Source: Camelus dromedarius (taxonomy: Eukaryota). Taken from it: DNA of 64,000 nucleotides. The stretch spans positions 102,736,001 to 102,800,000 of the forward strand of contig NC_087437.1 in the NCBI RefSeq assembly GCF_036321535.1, in the 5' to 3' direction. Numbering within the stretch: position 1 is the first letter of the stretch; each line of letters begins with the position of its first letter. A model generated the notes under the pieces. It did no database searches. It was not told the DNA's origin and saw only the letters and a list, made by a program, of their open reading frames with translations. A program made the translations under genes and the position numbers. Below, piece by piece: positions 38,801 to 52,895 of this stretch.

Positions 38801-41800
38801 GTTTAGTTAGGAAAAAAAAGGTAAACAGACACACAATGTTCATCATTTCCATTCAGTTATCAGGTGATAAGTCTGTAATAGTCTCATACAGAATATTAGT
38901 TTTTAAAACCTTAAACATTTAAATTTCTACTCATTTATTAATACTGTACATTGTTCATTGTGCTAGAAAAAAAAGAAAAAAGTGGGACATATTTTTATTA
39001 TTACATATGAAAAACATAGGTTCAGTTCTTCTCTGTGTGCATGAAATAAAGTATGTATCTTAGTTCTGGGTTACCGATAGTATTTTCTAAAAGTTGAGAT
39101 AGTTTATGTAAAAAATATGCATAGAGGAGTGATTAATACAATGCTGGCACTCAATAAATAAGACAAATGACAACAACAACAATAAAACTAATGAGACTAA
39201 CATTATACATATGGCCAGTGAAGTATCAAACATCCATTCTTTAAAAGCCTTTTCTTCTATGCTTCCCTATATTTTCATAATATTTATGTACTACATTTAG
39301 ATCAAGAAAAGTGAAATAATGTAAGTTCATTTGAAAGGATTATGGAATATCCTCCCTACAGTTTTTTTTTCCCTCCACCACCACTTCCTTCTTATAGAAG
39401 AACAGAGATTTTTCTTTATTAGTTTTAACATTTTTCCACAACTGTGCAATTATCAGATTGAAGTAGCATGATAATCAGCTAGCTAAAGACCTTTCCATAT
39501 TCAGAAATTCTCTCTTCAAAACCCCAGACACTGAGGTTACACAGCAATTTCAGTCTGGCTGCTCGCTGCCTCATTCATGAAGCTTTTGACACTGACACTA
39601 TTTTTTTTATTAATATGTCCAATATGCTAAAATGAATAGGCAACTTTTTCTTGAGATGTGAGATGATGATAAGCTTTCAGCTTTATTGGTCCAGGTGAAA
39701 GGTGAAGGACACTGGGAAAGGTATAAAGATTCCTTCCTTGCATGTGTGCATGAACACGTGTGCTCAAACTAGCACACGTATGGGCACACAAACACACACT
39801 ACACACCCAACATATTTTTTTATTTTAATATGCTATAACCTTGAAGAATTTGGAATGATCTTTTCCTTCCTTGTCAGTGCCTTATTTGTCCTAGTCTTCT
39901 TATGACGAATAACATTTCAGTCACTACATTTACTTTGTCCAACATAGTCTTTGAAAAGTCAGTGACCTTAATCCTTGAATAAATTCCTGACTTTAGACTC
40001 AAAGTTTCATCAAACGAACACTTGTTTATCTTGTTGAGTATTCTGCCTTTCACATCACTGGCGTCTAACCTTCCACAATTGGAGCTAATGTGGGTCTCTG
40101 ATACATCACACTTGCCACTTCTTTCCAAACTGCGGGTTTTCTTCTCTTGTTATCATTTGTCTTCATTCTTCGAGACAGTTCTTTATCCAAGTAGCTGTCT
40201 GCCACATCTCTCCATAACGGGTGACCTTGTAGATTTAGTCTTCTTTCTGGTCATTTAGGGAACAATTTGTACTGTAGGAAAATTATGTCCCCAATTTTAT
40301 CTGACAACTGAATTATTTTATCAAGCCAAACACTATCAGGGTTGTCAGGTGTGGTCCTCTTCCTGTGATCCAGGCTGATTTTCTTTAAACAATTCATCAC
40401 TCCCTGAATGCCTTGTTTTCTCAATTCTGATTAGCATTTCCTATTATTTTCAGTGTATTTCAATTTATTCTGAAAGAAAAAAAACTTCCTTTCCTTTCTA
40501 GTAAAAACAGTCGGTTTTTGTTCAGTAATAAATTTTCTTATATCGCTTTTTATTGTAATAACTCTACATTAGGTTTGAAAGGGTTTCAGACTTGGCAAAG
40601 CATTTTCACATACATTATCTCATTTAAATTGATACTTTTTAATATTGCTTATAATAGTAATAGAGGCTCTCAGTTTTGTTAAAAAATAATTTCAGAAAGG
40701 GGCAGAATAATTTTCAGAAAAAATACATTAAAAATGAACAATTGTTAACAATTGTATTTAATTTATTTAATGAAAAGCCAGGCAAATGTTATGCTTGATT
40801 CAAAAAAGAATATAAAAGTAGACACATTTATAGATCAGGAATATTCAAAATATGTACATGGAGGCAAAACTGAGTTTTCCACAGGGTGGGAGAGAAAAGT
40901 CAAATGAACTTCTACCAGACAGAGTGAAATCTTCATGTTAATCAACTAACTAAAAATAACTTGTAAAATAGCTCAAAGGTAATAAAAGGCTAGAATTCAA
41001 TAACTCAGAAGCATGTACTGTAGACAGTACATAGTTTTTCATTGGAGTAAAATATTTTTTCTATAGTTTTTAACAATGCTTGATAGCAATAGTAACTTCC
41101 AATTGAACATACATAGGTGGTAATCAAAACAACACCTAATATGTCATAAATTAAATTTTATCCTAAGTTTTATATCCAAGTCAGATATAAGTTAGCCTGT
41201 ATTTTTATTGTGTTTTGTTTTTGCATTTAGAAGTCAGACTAACAATGGTTCTCCAGAAAATGCTCAAGAGAGGAGCTTTCTAAATGGTAGGCTATGGCAT
41301 CCTGCAGTGACCCAAACCTAGTAAGAGGTGAGCCATGAGGAATTGATTCTCTCAGCTTACAGGGCATCCCGGTGGAGCCTGGGGTAGCCAGGAATAATGG
41401 GCTCATCAATGCTGGTCACAAGCAATCTCATTTGAGTCTTAGAGAGTGGTCCCGATGGAACAAGATCTGAGGTCACACTTCTCCAGAGCCTGAAGACAAT
41501 ATGAGTAGTAGGAAATCCAAAACTTGATGCTCTGTGCACCTGTGACTAAGAGCATGTTCAATCCTGGCATCTTTTTAAGCAGCCAGTTGCAACACTTGAC
41601 TTTATCTTTTACAAACAGGAGTCCTGTGGAGCTTTGGGGAGATTCTAGGGTCCAGGAGGCCAAGTTCACAGCATGCAACTGAAGATGCAGAGAGTAAAGA
41701 GTTGGGGATGAGGTGGGAAGACAGCTGGAATAAAGCCAATGGGGATCTCAAATCTGTGTAAAGTATGTAATCCTTTATCTGCAACTATTATATTCTTAGG

Positions 41801-42169
41801 TGGTACACAATTCAAGCTCAGGATAATTTCTTTAATACAATGTGCATGTTGTTCCTCATTAATTTTTAAATTCTTGGCTTGTAAAATTTTGATTTGATTT
41901 GAAAACAATTCACATTATCATAAAAATATTAATATGTCCTTGGTATATAAGAGAAAAGGTAAATCTATAGATGTGTAAACATAATTTCAACTTTTTTACA
42001 TTGTTATAAAGTCTCTTATCAATGGAGATTAAGTCACCTCACTAATTGATGTTCACCTGACATGAAGCTATTGGATCTTATTCTTGGACTGTGTAGTCCA
42101 GTGCAGACATTTACCTGTTATGAAAATCACCTATTAACTTTATTATTATACACTATGGAATTGCTGTAA

Positions 42170-42330
42170 AGAATAAAGTCCATTGAGTCTTGCTTCCACA
42201 ATTTAATATCTGTGTGACTCTGGGCAAAGCATTTAATATTGATAAGACTTAGAATCCTTATACATAAAATGGGAATTAAAACAGCACTCGCCTGAAAGAT
42301 TTGTTATGACAGTTGAACGAGTAATCCCAA
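42170..42330 (+). mobile_element. MIR SINE
   Basis: CTGTGTGACTCTGGGCAAAGCATTTAA...ATAAAATGGGAATTAAAACAG...TTGTTATGA is the MIR core. Confidence 0.75.
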
Positions 42331-45300
42331 CAGAAACTGCCACAAGGTTAAGTTAAAAAAAAAGTTTCCTCTATAAATTATCATTTCATTTATTTGTTTT
42401 CTAAATCTAACCAGCTTCAGGCACTTTAAGGAGAAGGAGGCATTTTAAACACTCTTATAAAAGGGCACTGTGTTTTCTCTCTCTCTTAATAGCATCCTGT
42501 TATACATATATGAATAGTTGTCATGCATTTGAACAAAATTAAGATTCACAAATCATCGGGCACTTATTTGACAATCGTAGATATGCAGTACACTTACTAT
42601 AGTTAAAAAAGAGACATTCAGGAATAAAGAGCCAAAATGTTTCTCATAATGAAAAAAATGAATGACAGAGGCAGTAATCAATTCCTATTGCTACCAAGCC
42701 TTTACGAACAAGGAACTGACAAATCTCGGAAATCCCTTCACTTTTGTCTTCTAAAAATGGGGTCTGAAAGTGTAAATTCTTCATGCCAAGACAAGGCCAG
42801 AAGAGGGAACCCTCTAAATCACCTAAGAGGAGTCCAGGCCAGCTCTTTCCCTCCATTCTTTTTAAAGGTGGTGAATAGGGACCTGCTTGACTGTCAGGCA
42901 CAGAGCATTTTCAGGGCACTTGCCTTAGCATATGCCTTTGATGTGTTGGAAGATCCCCAAAGCTCTTGGCCAAAGGCTGGAATAGAAAAGGTTACATTGT
43001 GTTACCCTGTGTGAAATCATTTCTCAAATAAATGATTAAGTGCTTGAGTGTCACCACTGATTAATTTTTGATGGCATTTCTGAACTCTGGGATGGCCTGA
43101 ATGAAAATGTAAAATGTTCTAGAGACCCCACAAGCATACGGCCTCTGATCTATACAAAGTTAATGACCAGAAGAAGAGTCCAGGGTCTACAGAGACACCT
43201 GTTACAGTGAATAAGATCTGGTACCCAGTATAATACTGCATCTTTGACAGAGATAATTCAGTATATGTCATGTTTCCCATAAGATCTGGATGCACATTTT
43301 TAGAAAGTAGACTTTAACATCACAAAATCTAACAGTCTTTAAATTTGTAATCCTGTTTTCCATCCAAAGCTCACACAGAGACTTTTTCACACAGGAGAAG
43401 AATATACTTTTGTATAATCCTTTCACCTTGGTTGACTTTTATTGCAAAGGTTTTCATTTCTGCCATTAAAATTTTCATTATTCTATGCACTTTTTTTTGT
43501 ATTTTCAAATTTTATAGTTTAGTGAATCTCAATTGTTCTTAAAATAATCTGAGTCATTACTTAAAATGTTTCCCTTGTGCTTATTTATATGTTCCTGCTC
43601 TTCAATACTGGTCTATTTCCTTGATGGCAGTACTTAATTTTTAATAAAATGTTTTCATCTTTACAATATTTTTGCAATCCACATGCTTTCTTCTCTTTTC
43701 AGCAAATTCTCTTCATTTTGTCCTATAATTTGCCATGTGTTTTGATTAAATTTATTTTTTATAATCTTAGTTTTGCTGTTAATTATTCCCTTAATCCAAA
43801 CATATCATAAAGGTTTATGACCTCATATACTTAAAACTCCTCCACAATTTTTTTTTCTATAAAGTTTGTGCAGCTTAAAAACAAATGAAAATTTCCTTAT
43901 TTCCATGAGAAGGAGACATTTAAGGAACATGCATAATTATCTCCATGCTTGTTTGTAAATCAAAGAAGGTAGAACCTCTCAGTATGCGGGCTGTAATCAT
44001 AAAAAGATAGAGAACTTATATTAAAAAATATATAAACTCTATCTTTTTTTTAGATTTAAAGCTTAGAATGCTCCATTAATACAGAATTTTAGATATAAAG
44101 ATAATGTTAGTAAACTCAAATTTTGTTATTTAAACTCTTTACTCCTTTATATATTTTATCATGCTTTCTGATGTTCTCTAAACTAGTGACAGTTTTTTTC
44201 TGAATATGCTTTTTTCAGATATGTCAAATGCCCACACATTATCAGTTTCAATCACTGTATTGTAGGATGAAAAGCCTCAAAGGAAATCCCAGAGATGCTA
44301 CATATTTATGTTTAGACCCATCGTTTCAAAGTGAGAAACACTTCAATGGGAAGCATATCAGATTCCATCACTACTGGAAGATTTTAGACTTATCTTTAAT
44401 ATTAGCTAATAATTTGAAACATGTCTATGGCTAAGAGCACCTGGAGATAAATGATGTGGCTTCAGATTTCCATCAAAGCCGCTAAACAACTATATAAACA
44501 AAGTACTAATAATATATAGCCTATATATAATATTATATAACATACAATCTATTATATACAATATATAGCAATAATATATATAACCAAAATACAATAATTG
44601 CTCCAGGCTGTATTCAGTATACTTTCATTATCCATTTCTAGGTTTGTTTCCATGTGTATATATTTTTTCTACTAGGAGTTGCTACATAGTAAGACATAGA
44701 AAATATTTCTAAAAAATTATTGCATGAGGCTTTCTTATTGGGGTAGGTATGACAAAAAGTGACTGAAGAAGGTTCCAATGTTGCTGAAAAATATTTAAGG
44801 AAGATGCAGGTAAATGTGTATATGAGTATTTATAAGTATCTAAAAATTTTAAATGTGGTATAAAATTTCATAATGGTTAGAACATTTTAAACAGTTATTA
44901 AAATAGCTTTATTTTATAAAGTATAAATAAATAAAAGTTAAATTGTGCTAGATTATTTTTCAAATGGTAAATGCAAAGCTAAATTTAATTAGAAATAAAG
45001 ATTTTATATTATTCATTACTTTGGATTATCTATGTTCTGGCTACACTCCATTCCTTTAGATAAACCAAATTTTACTGAATACTGAATTTTGAATAATTGT
45101 TTATCAGTCAAAACAATTGAAAAGAAATGTAATTTATTAAATGGAGATGTAAATTAGCTATTTTTAGACAAATCATTTCATGCAGGTATACTGTAAGGCA
45201 TAATAAAACCCACAAAAGAAATTAAAGAGAGAGAAAGAACAACTCCATTTAGTTTCTGTATCATGACTTCCCAATATCAATGTATCAGTTAATTCAGTGT

Positions 45301-46072
45301 TAACGATCAAGATTCCAAATGAGTTGTTATTTCACCTACACAGAAGCTGGCTAAGCTTTTTTCAAGGTGGAAAAAATTTTTTAAAGATTTTTTTGGAAAG
45401 CAGGCCCTCTTCAGTTTAGGAATAAATAGTTCCAGAATTTTCATTCTGAAAGTAAACACAGAAACTCGGGTCCTCATGGACTGCAGTGGCTCACACAGCA
45501 GTCACTAAACGATCATGCTTCCCCTAATGTTTGCTGCCCGTGGAAACTACCTGTTCTGTCTGAATGATGGAGAGAACAGAAGCAGAGGAAACTCCCAAGC
45601 TCAGCCTGTGCGGAGGGAACTGGACATATAGCTCCCTTCCCTGTAACTGAATGCCCTGTCTCTGAATCAGTATGTAGCAAATGCACCTGAAGACGGAGAA
45701 ATGCCTCTTTGCTCAGAGCTTGTCAGACCTTCTGAAAGATGTTTGGAATGTACAAATTATTTTTCCACAGGATTTTTAAAATAGAGTGTTATCAAAATAA
45801 TGTTCAAATTACGGAGACGCTAACTGATTGCTTGATGTAAGCAGCTCATAGTCTTTGAAATCTTTCTAAGTATGTACAATGGTTAGTACAAGAGGAAACT
45901 AACAGATTTGCAAAATTATAGATCTGCTTTTTGTTCCTGTTTTCTTATATCTCAGTATGATTTTTTCCTTATATTATAATATCAGTGATTTTCTATATTT
46001 ATGCACACCTGCTACATGCTTAGGATTTTTTTCCAGCTAATATATTTTTTTCATATCTTTGACTAGTGTTAC

Positions 46073-46337
46073 TTTACTTTTTTAATAGTTATTGAACTAT
46101 AGTCAGTTCACAATGTTGTGTCAATTTCTAGTGTACAGCACAATACTTCAGTCATACAGGAACATACATATATTCATTTTCATATTCTTTTTAACCATAA
46201 GTTACTACAAGATATTGAACATAGTTCCCTGTGCTATATAGTATAAACTTGTTGTTTATCTAGTTTACATACAGTAGTTAGTATCTGTAAATCTCAAACT
46301 CCCAGTTCATCCCTTCCCATCCCTTTCCCTCCAGGTT
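46073..46337 (-). mobile_element. Lineage-specific LINE-1 3'UTR fragment
   Basis: ACAATGTTGTGTCAATTTCT...TTCCCTGTGCTATATAG...CTCCCAGTTCATCCCTTCCCA. Clearly homologous to the 3'UTR of the L1 at 57749-58527. Confidence 0.88.
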
Positions 46338-49300
46338 ATAGAGTGTAAATGAATTTAATATCCTACTAACTTAGACATCTGCTCCCTATTCCCTTACTGC
46401 CAAGGAAAAACAAAAATACACAAGAGAATTTTTTGGGGGGAGAGGCATGTAAAACACATTTCTGACTAACTGTAACACATTACTGATTTCAATATAATAT
46501 CTTTATCTACCTATCAATATATTATCTATCTATCTATTTATCATCTATTTTGGTAAAAGTTCAATAAATATTGGAGGGAAAACTTATAAAGGTGGAAATT
46601 CATTTCCAGTATAATTACAGTATTCATTTGGAGAAATGTTTAAAGGTATCTCATATTTATTCAGAGGCTACCAGTAAATATAGTATATGAAGTCTTTCAT
46701 ATAGATTATCCATTATATTCTGGCAGCATTTTAATGAGATACATCGCAGTTTTAATATTTTTCAAACAAAGAAACTGAGAATAACAAGATCTAAGACATG
46801 GGATCAAGACCACAGAGTTGAGAGTGAGTGGTGTCAGCATCTGTGATGATCTCATTTTGTTTACAGATACCATCCCACTTGCCACTAGTTTAATAAAATG
46901 TCAATGTATTTGAATATTGTCATATTTTGTTAGGGAAAAAAAAAGGTCAGGTTGCTTTTTTTGAAAATACGCATGTAAATATTTCCCAAGTGAATAATTC
47001 TGAGACAAGCATAGAGATTTTTACGTACACTAGCCACAGTGACAGTGAGTGTACACATTTTGTTAATAAAGTTTTGCTACTTCCAGATGGACTAATATTT
47101 GTCCACAGTAAAATATCATGTGCAGACAAGAGGTAACATCTTCACGTATAAAGATCTCCTCTTCCCATCTGATAATGCCCTAATCAGTTTTAAAATGTGG
47201 CCATTAGAGAAATGAAAATACTCCCTCGAACGTAAACACACAGATTTAATGTGCTATTCAGTGCAGTAGCTGATCTATATTCCTTTTCTTAAAGAAGGTT
47301 ATTTTAGGAGAAGGAAGAGAGGAGTAGTGATGCTAAGGAAAGGAAGGTAGAAAGAAACTCACCACATTACCAGGGGAAAATGATGGCAGTAAAAGGAAAT
47401 TCTTGGTTATTAAGATAAATCTTACCAGGAACAGAAAGACCAGAGGGAAAATGGATTAATGAAAAGAATCGGAGATATGGATTATAATCATTATAAAAGA
47501 GATCTGCAGTATAATGATTATAAAATTGATTTTAAAAGGTCTATTCAAATAATATATTAAGTTTCAAAATCACTCACAAAATAATTTTTAAATGAGGATT
47601 TAACAACAGTAATTAAAACTTACTCAGGAATACAGAATAATGATTTCCAAAAGAGGTTCTGAGAGTCTCATGTCTGGATTAATTGTAAATAAGGCAGAGT
47701 TTGGTTTTTTTTCCCCCTCCTCCACTATGAAACACACTGTCCATTTGTTCTGACAGTATTCACCAAAAAAGCAAAACAAACACATAGAGAAACCAACAAA
47801 CCCAACGAGCACTGAACATTCATGGCAAATAGAATATTATTTTCATATGATGTGGCATTAGAATTATTTTAAAAACATGAACTCAATAAAGCTGTAAGAC
47901 ACAATTTAGAAGTTCTTTTTGTTGTTCAAAGGTGGAAGCTCCAGATATCTGAACCGTAGCCAGCAAGCATCAACCCAGACACAGGCTCGCCCTGTCTTCT
48001 GCCTGGTGTGCTTGTTTCAAAGAGCCTCTGTACCACTACATTACGAGTATGGTGAAATATTGCAATCTCTATTTTGTTACCGCCAAAGGCCCTGATAAAA
48101 AGTGAATTGCCTTAGCGCTGGGTATTGTTTCTTTACATGTACTCTTTTTAAGAAAAAAAACATAAAGTCTGAGGAGTGAGAAAGCAGAAGTGGAAAAGAG
48201 GCTTAGAGAGCAATTTCATCACCTATAAAATAATAAAGCCAAATGATGGACCGTGAATACTACACACCTGTATGTTCTTACAGCTGGGCTGGGAGATAGA
48301 CTATGTGTCCCAACCACATGGAAATTCAGATCCTGGAGGATCTACATTGCCCCTCACATTTCATTCTCCTGCTCTAGATTCCAGGTTCCTTTAGAAATTG
48401 CTTCTGCTTTTGCATTCTGCTAGAAACATTCTAAGTAATTTAAAAAACTATCAAGTTAAATGGTGAAGATCCATCCTGCAGTTTGTTTTTTTCTATATAA
48501 ACCTCAATAAGTTAAGCTATTTGTTCTTCTATTTTTAGGTGTGTTGTGTTGACTCTGAATATTAACTCTACTGCTTCTAAGTAAGGTGACAAATGATGTC
48601 ATTTTAGCTCTTGAGAAAAGGGTTAGGTAACTTGGGCTCCCTCTGCTGTCTGTCTAGTCCCTTTTTGCAGGAGCTTAAAGGGATAGAGAAAAATCAGTGT
48701 TAAAATATCAACTTCTATAATAAAAACTACCATAAAAATAGGAAGAATAACTTATATTTTTATATAGTTGTCCATATGAAGTGAGCACAATTTTTAAATT
48801 AATTTGAAACAAGAAAATGAACCCTTTTATGATAGACATTATTAATATCCAGAGACTTTATTGAAAATGAGATCATAAGACAAATGTAATCTTGGAATTA
48901 TCCTTAGAAATTTTGCCATTCAAATCTCTAAACTCTGTAGAAATCAGTTGTTTATTGTTAAAAAAGTCAGCATTTAAGTTTGTATCTACTAGTTAGCTTG
49001 TTATTATCACTATCAACCATATTAAATTAAAACTATTTGTACAAAAAAAAAAACACACTATGTTTAACCATATTTGTGTCAAAAAAGAAAGCCTTCATTT
49101 TGGTATAGAGAAAATTTCAGGAAACACTGAAAAAAAATTCACAGGTTTTACAAGTTTTATAAACTTTGTAAAAGGCTGTTATGTGATCTAGGGAAAGTAA
49201 CAGAGAAGGTGATAGCTTATAAATTACATGGAGGCCACTCTATGTCCTGATATTTTACCTTATTGCATCAAACTGTGGTGTGAATGAGAACATTAAACCT

Positions 49301-52300
49301 CCTCGACTTTGTTATATTAATGTTGTAAAATTAGTTCTGAACATTTCAACAGGATTTGATACCCCAAGCCTTAGACATGGAAATACATTTTGCTCAATGT
49401 TTATTTTTTTTAATTTTTGTTAATTAAAAAAATATACCTAGTAAATCGCCTGTGTAGAATATAAAGTTTCATTCCTTTCACTATTTCCTTAAAAACACAC
49501 TCCCATACATTTAATATTCGATAAATGTTTATTGTCTTAATTCACCAGTTACAGAGTGCTAGGACTTTCTGCTCCATATGTATGTAGTATGTAATTATAA
49601 ATAAATATTTAATATAAATTATATCTATTTATATGATGATATATTTATACAAACTATGCACCCTTGTATAGATTACCAATATTATATAAATTATGCATAT
49701 AAATATATATATATAAAATACATAAAACTAGTCACTGATATTTTCTCATCTGTGATTATTGCTCATGCAATGCTATTTTTAAAGTAAATAATCAAAGTTG
49801 GATAAAATATAGAGAAAACAAAATGTAATTTTCTGCATACAAAGATTCTCTAGAATTAAATATAATTCTCTTGTAAGACTCAGACTATCATTAGCTTACA
49901 GAATAATCCAACTCCAAAGCAGAAAGTAAAAAGAAGATAAAGATTTAAAAAAAAAAAAAAAACTAGGAAAGTAATGATTGGATGATGACTGTCTAGAGTT
50001 TAGCTAAGCTGCTTCATGGTACTGGTGCCTTGGTATTAATTTTGTTTAGCCAAGTGGCCTACAGGGACCTTAAGCTGACACTAGCCCCTTCAGCCAAGTG
50101 CCTGTATCAGACGACAGCCTTCAGTCAGAAGCAAAGATTAAGTTCTTGTTATGACTCCCTCACAGCCCTCGTGACAAACAGTCTCCCCTGTCTCCAAGTG
50201 CTTCCCCAAGTGTGCCCCTTACCTAAGGGCTCTGTGTAATGTACCAAAACCTTCCTCTTCTGGTTTGAACTGACCACTCTGGGCTTAGCCACTTGACCCA
50301 TGGACCCTAAGAAAGACATGTGCTCTCTATATAAGTACATACCTTTTACTAATATTTTGTAATTATATTACATGATGCTGGATAACTTACTCGATTCCTA
50401 TATTAAAAGGGTTAAACATATGCAAAAGCTGTTTCATTTAATAGAAATAATTCACAAGTCCTCTAATCAAGGTTAGGAGATACTTGAAATTTAAAAAAAA
50501 AGCCAAAAAAAAAAAAAAAAAAAAGCCAAATCTGAACTTGAGCCAATTCTTGTAAAATAGGCCTGGCCAAGACAGAAATCGAAAGTTCCTTAGTAAAACA
50601 GTGACATTATTTAGTTTTTTGCCGCCCTTAAGAAACCCTGCTTTAAAAAAAAAAAAAAAAAAAAAAAAAGAATGTCTTATCTTCCTCTGAGAATATGTAA
50701 TTATCTACAAAAAAAACACAAATTTTCAGTAAAATGCGTTTGCGTGTTTGCATCTTAACTCAGCTAGTGAGAAAAACCATCTCCCGTTTCTCCTAGTAGA
50801 AAGAAGAAACTTGAGTTGAATATCTCCATTGGTCCTTCCTCTTCCTATGACACCAGTCACCCTCTGTCTCTAGGAATAGCAGCACATACGAACAAAGAAG
50901 AGCTCTTTTTAGCATCAGGAGTCTGAGGTGCTCAGTTGACAGGGAGATTATGCTGAGAGATTTGAAAAGAGAGAGAGTTTTGGAAAGAGGGAGAGTCTAT
51001 TTGGTGAAGCAATCTTTTTAAAAGCCTCGCTCTAAAAGCTTTACCCTTTTATGGTAAAAGAAACTTCTCTGTCAGAGCTGCAAACTCTAATCTCTAATTC
51101 CCACACGTTCTTTTGCTCATTTGAAGTCTGACACTGCAGTAAACAACTTTATGTACCTGGACTCAGGATTTGCATGTATTTAGACTAGAGGAAATACATA
51201 GAGCATTGGGTTCTCAGGGAAAGAAAGGGAAGAAAAAGTAATTTATTCATCTTTCATGGAGCATAGATAAAATATTTCTGCTTTCCTTCTGGGTTACCAT
51301 GCTGAATCACCAGAGACAAAAGCTAAGAGTGGAAGGGAACAATTTAACAATACTTCTCCCACGTCCAGGTGAGAGACAGGAATACAGATGTAGAAACAGG
51401 TTTCCCTGACCATGAGCAAGAAGCCACCGCTTGGGCAGAAAGAAAATTTGCTTAGTATGCTCCAGTCCATCTAGACATTGACATAAATGTGGCACTAATT
51501 TTTCACTTCTCTGGAAAAACATAAAATATGAGTTTAAAATACACTATATTTAATTGCATTACTTTTAGTAGCTCTGGCGGTCATTATAACGTTGCCTGTA
51601 TTTCTAGTGTAATTTTTGTGTGTTTTGTAATTCTATTTAGCTGAAAACTAACTGCTTTTTATCAGACATAAACACATTTCAAGGCAGAAGTAAGAATTTT
51701 AATATAAACTCTGTCAATGCATTTTCTCTAACTTCAAGAAAAGAAAAAGTGCCAAATAAGGGTAAAATAATGTTTAAATTTAATAAATCCTCAGGTAAGA
51801 CTAAGCGATGGCACGTCTGTTGAGAGGAGGGTATACCTAACTCCAGCATGTGGCTATAGTACAGAGGCAAAAATACATGCCTTGCTAATTATTCTAATTA
51901 TTTTTATTTCAACGTAGCATAAGAAAAGGTCCAGTAGGTTTTGTTAGGCAAACGAGTGGTAAACTGTAATGCATTTTTATTTCTAAGTAAACCCTCTTCT
52001 CTAGGCAATCCTAAAAAGTCATATATGATCCCAAACTATAAAATCATGTTCCATCGTTTGTTCCAAAGTGTTACCTATAATACAGCAATCAGCACAGATG
52101 GCAGAGGATGTTTATCACACATAGCAATTAACACACAAGGAATGGCTTCCAGTTTATATGATCTCCAAGATTTAAAAATTATATTATTTCATTTCCATCA
52201 TGGCTTTATTTTTTTAAAAGAGGAAAAGACCTACTTCCCATCATGGTATCACAGTGTAGATAAAAGCACTCTGCTCTGAATCCATCACCCAAAAACAGAC

Positions 52301-52779
52301 CTGTTGAAATGCAGCTGTTAATGCACCTAATGCTGCTATCGTTCTGATATTTCATGTGTCAGAGTAACAGCCGTGGAGGAGCAAATCAATTATGAGCCTT
52401 GGACGAGCAATTCAAACCCCAGTGGGAAGAACGCAGGACAGAAACTGCTTCAAACACGTGTTCAAAATAGCAAAGGAAAGAAGACAGGGGCATGGAGGTT
52501 ACAACAAAATACTAGATTTTGTTACAGATAACGGAATGGTATCCAGTGACCAATAACACCTTTACATTCATTTCCACACTTAACAGTAGTGTAGTAGCCT
52601 TTGCTTGACCTATCTCCTGCTTAACTAAATACAAGTACGGATCAAGATAAAAGAGCAGTGTATCAAGTAGCATTTTAAGCACGGAGCTTTCTGTTTATGC
52701 CAGTGACGGTAATGCATGCTTGTTCTTTTTGGTTTGGGAGAGGGTAACATAGTGAAAAAGGCACAACACAGTATATGCA

Positions 52780-52895
52780 TGAGTGACGCTGAGCAGGCCG
52801 CTTACCTTCGTATCTCTGGGCTTCAGTCTCAAGCTTAAGGGCTTGGATCAGTTCTGCAGAAAGGCTTTGCAGCACTGGAGTCTTACGATCCTAGG
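52780..52895 (+). mobile_element. MIR/MIR3 fragment
   Basis: GTGACGCTGAGCAGGCCGCTTACCTT...CTCTGGGCTTCAGT...GGGCTTGGATCAG...AAGGCTTTGCAGCACT resembles the MIR core and a MIR3-type tail. Confidence 0.55.

Noticed and set aside
39900..40300. Possible L2 ORF2-internal fragment
   Set aside because: The resemblance is too faint to call without an HMM search.
41013..41032. 9-bp perfect hairpin ATGTACTGT-AG-ACAGTACAT
   Set aside because: A stem of this length is expected by chance in 64 kb.
44190..44434. Strong acceptor-like TTTTTTCAG followed by a 68-aa ORF
   Set aside because: There is no matching strong donor and no recognisable protein similarity, and T-rich acceptor-like sites are abundant here.
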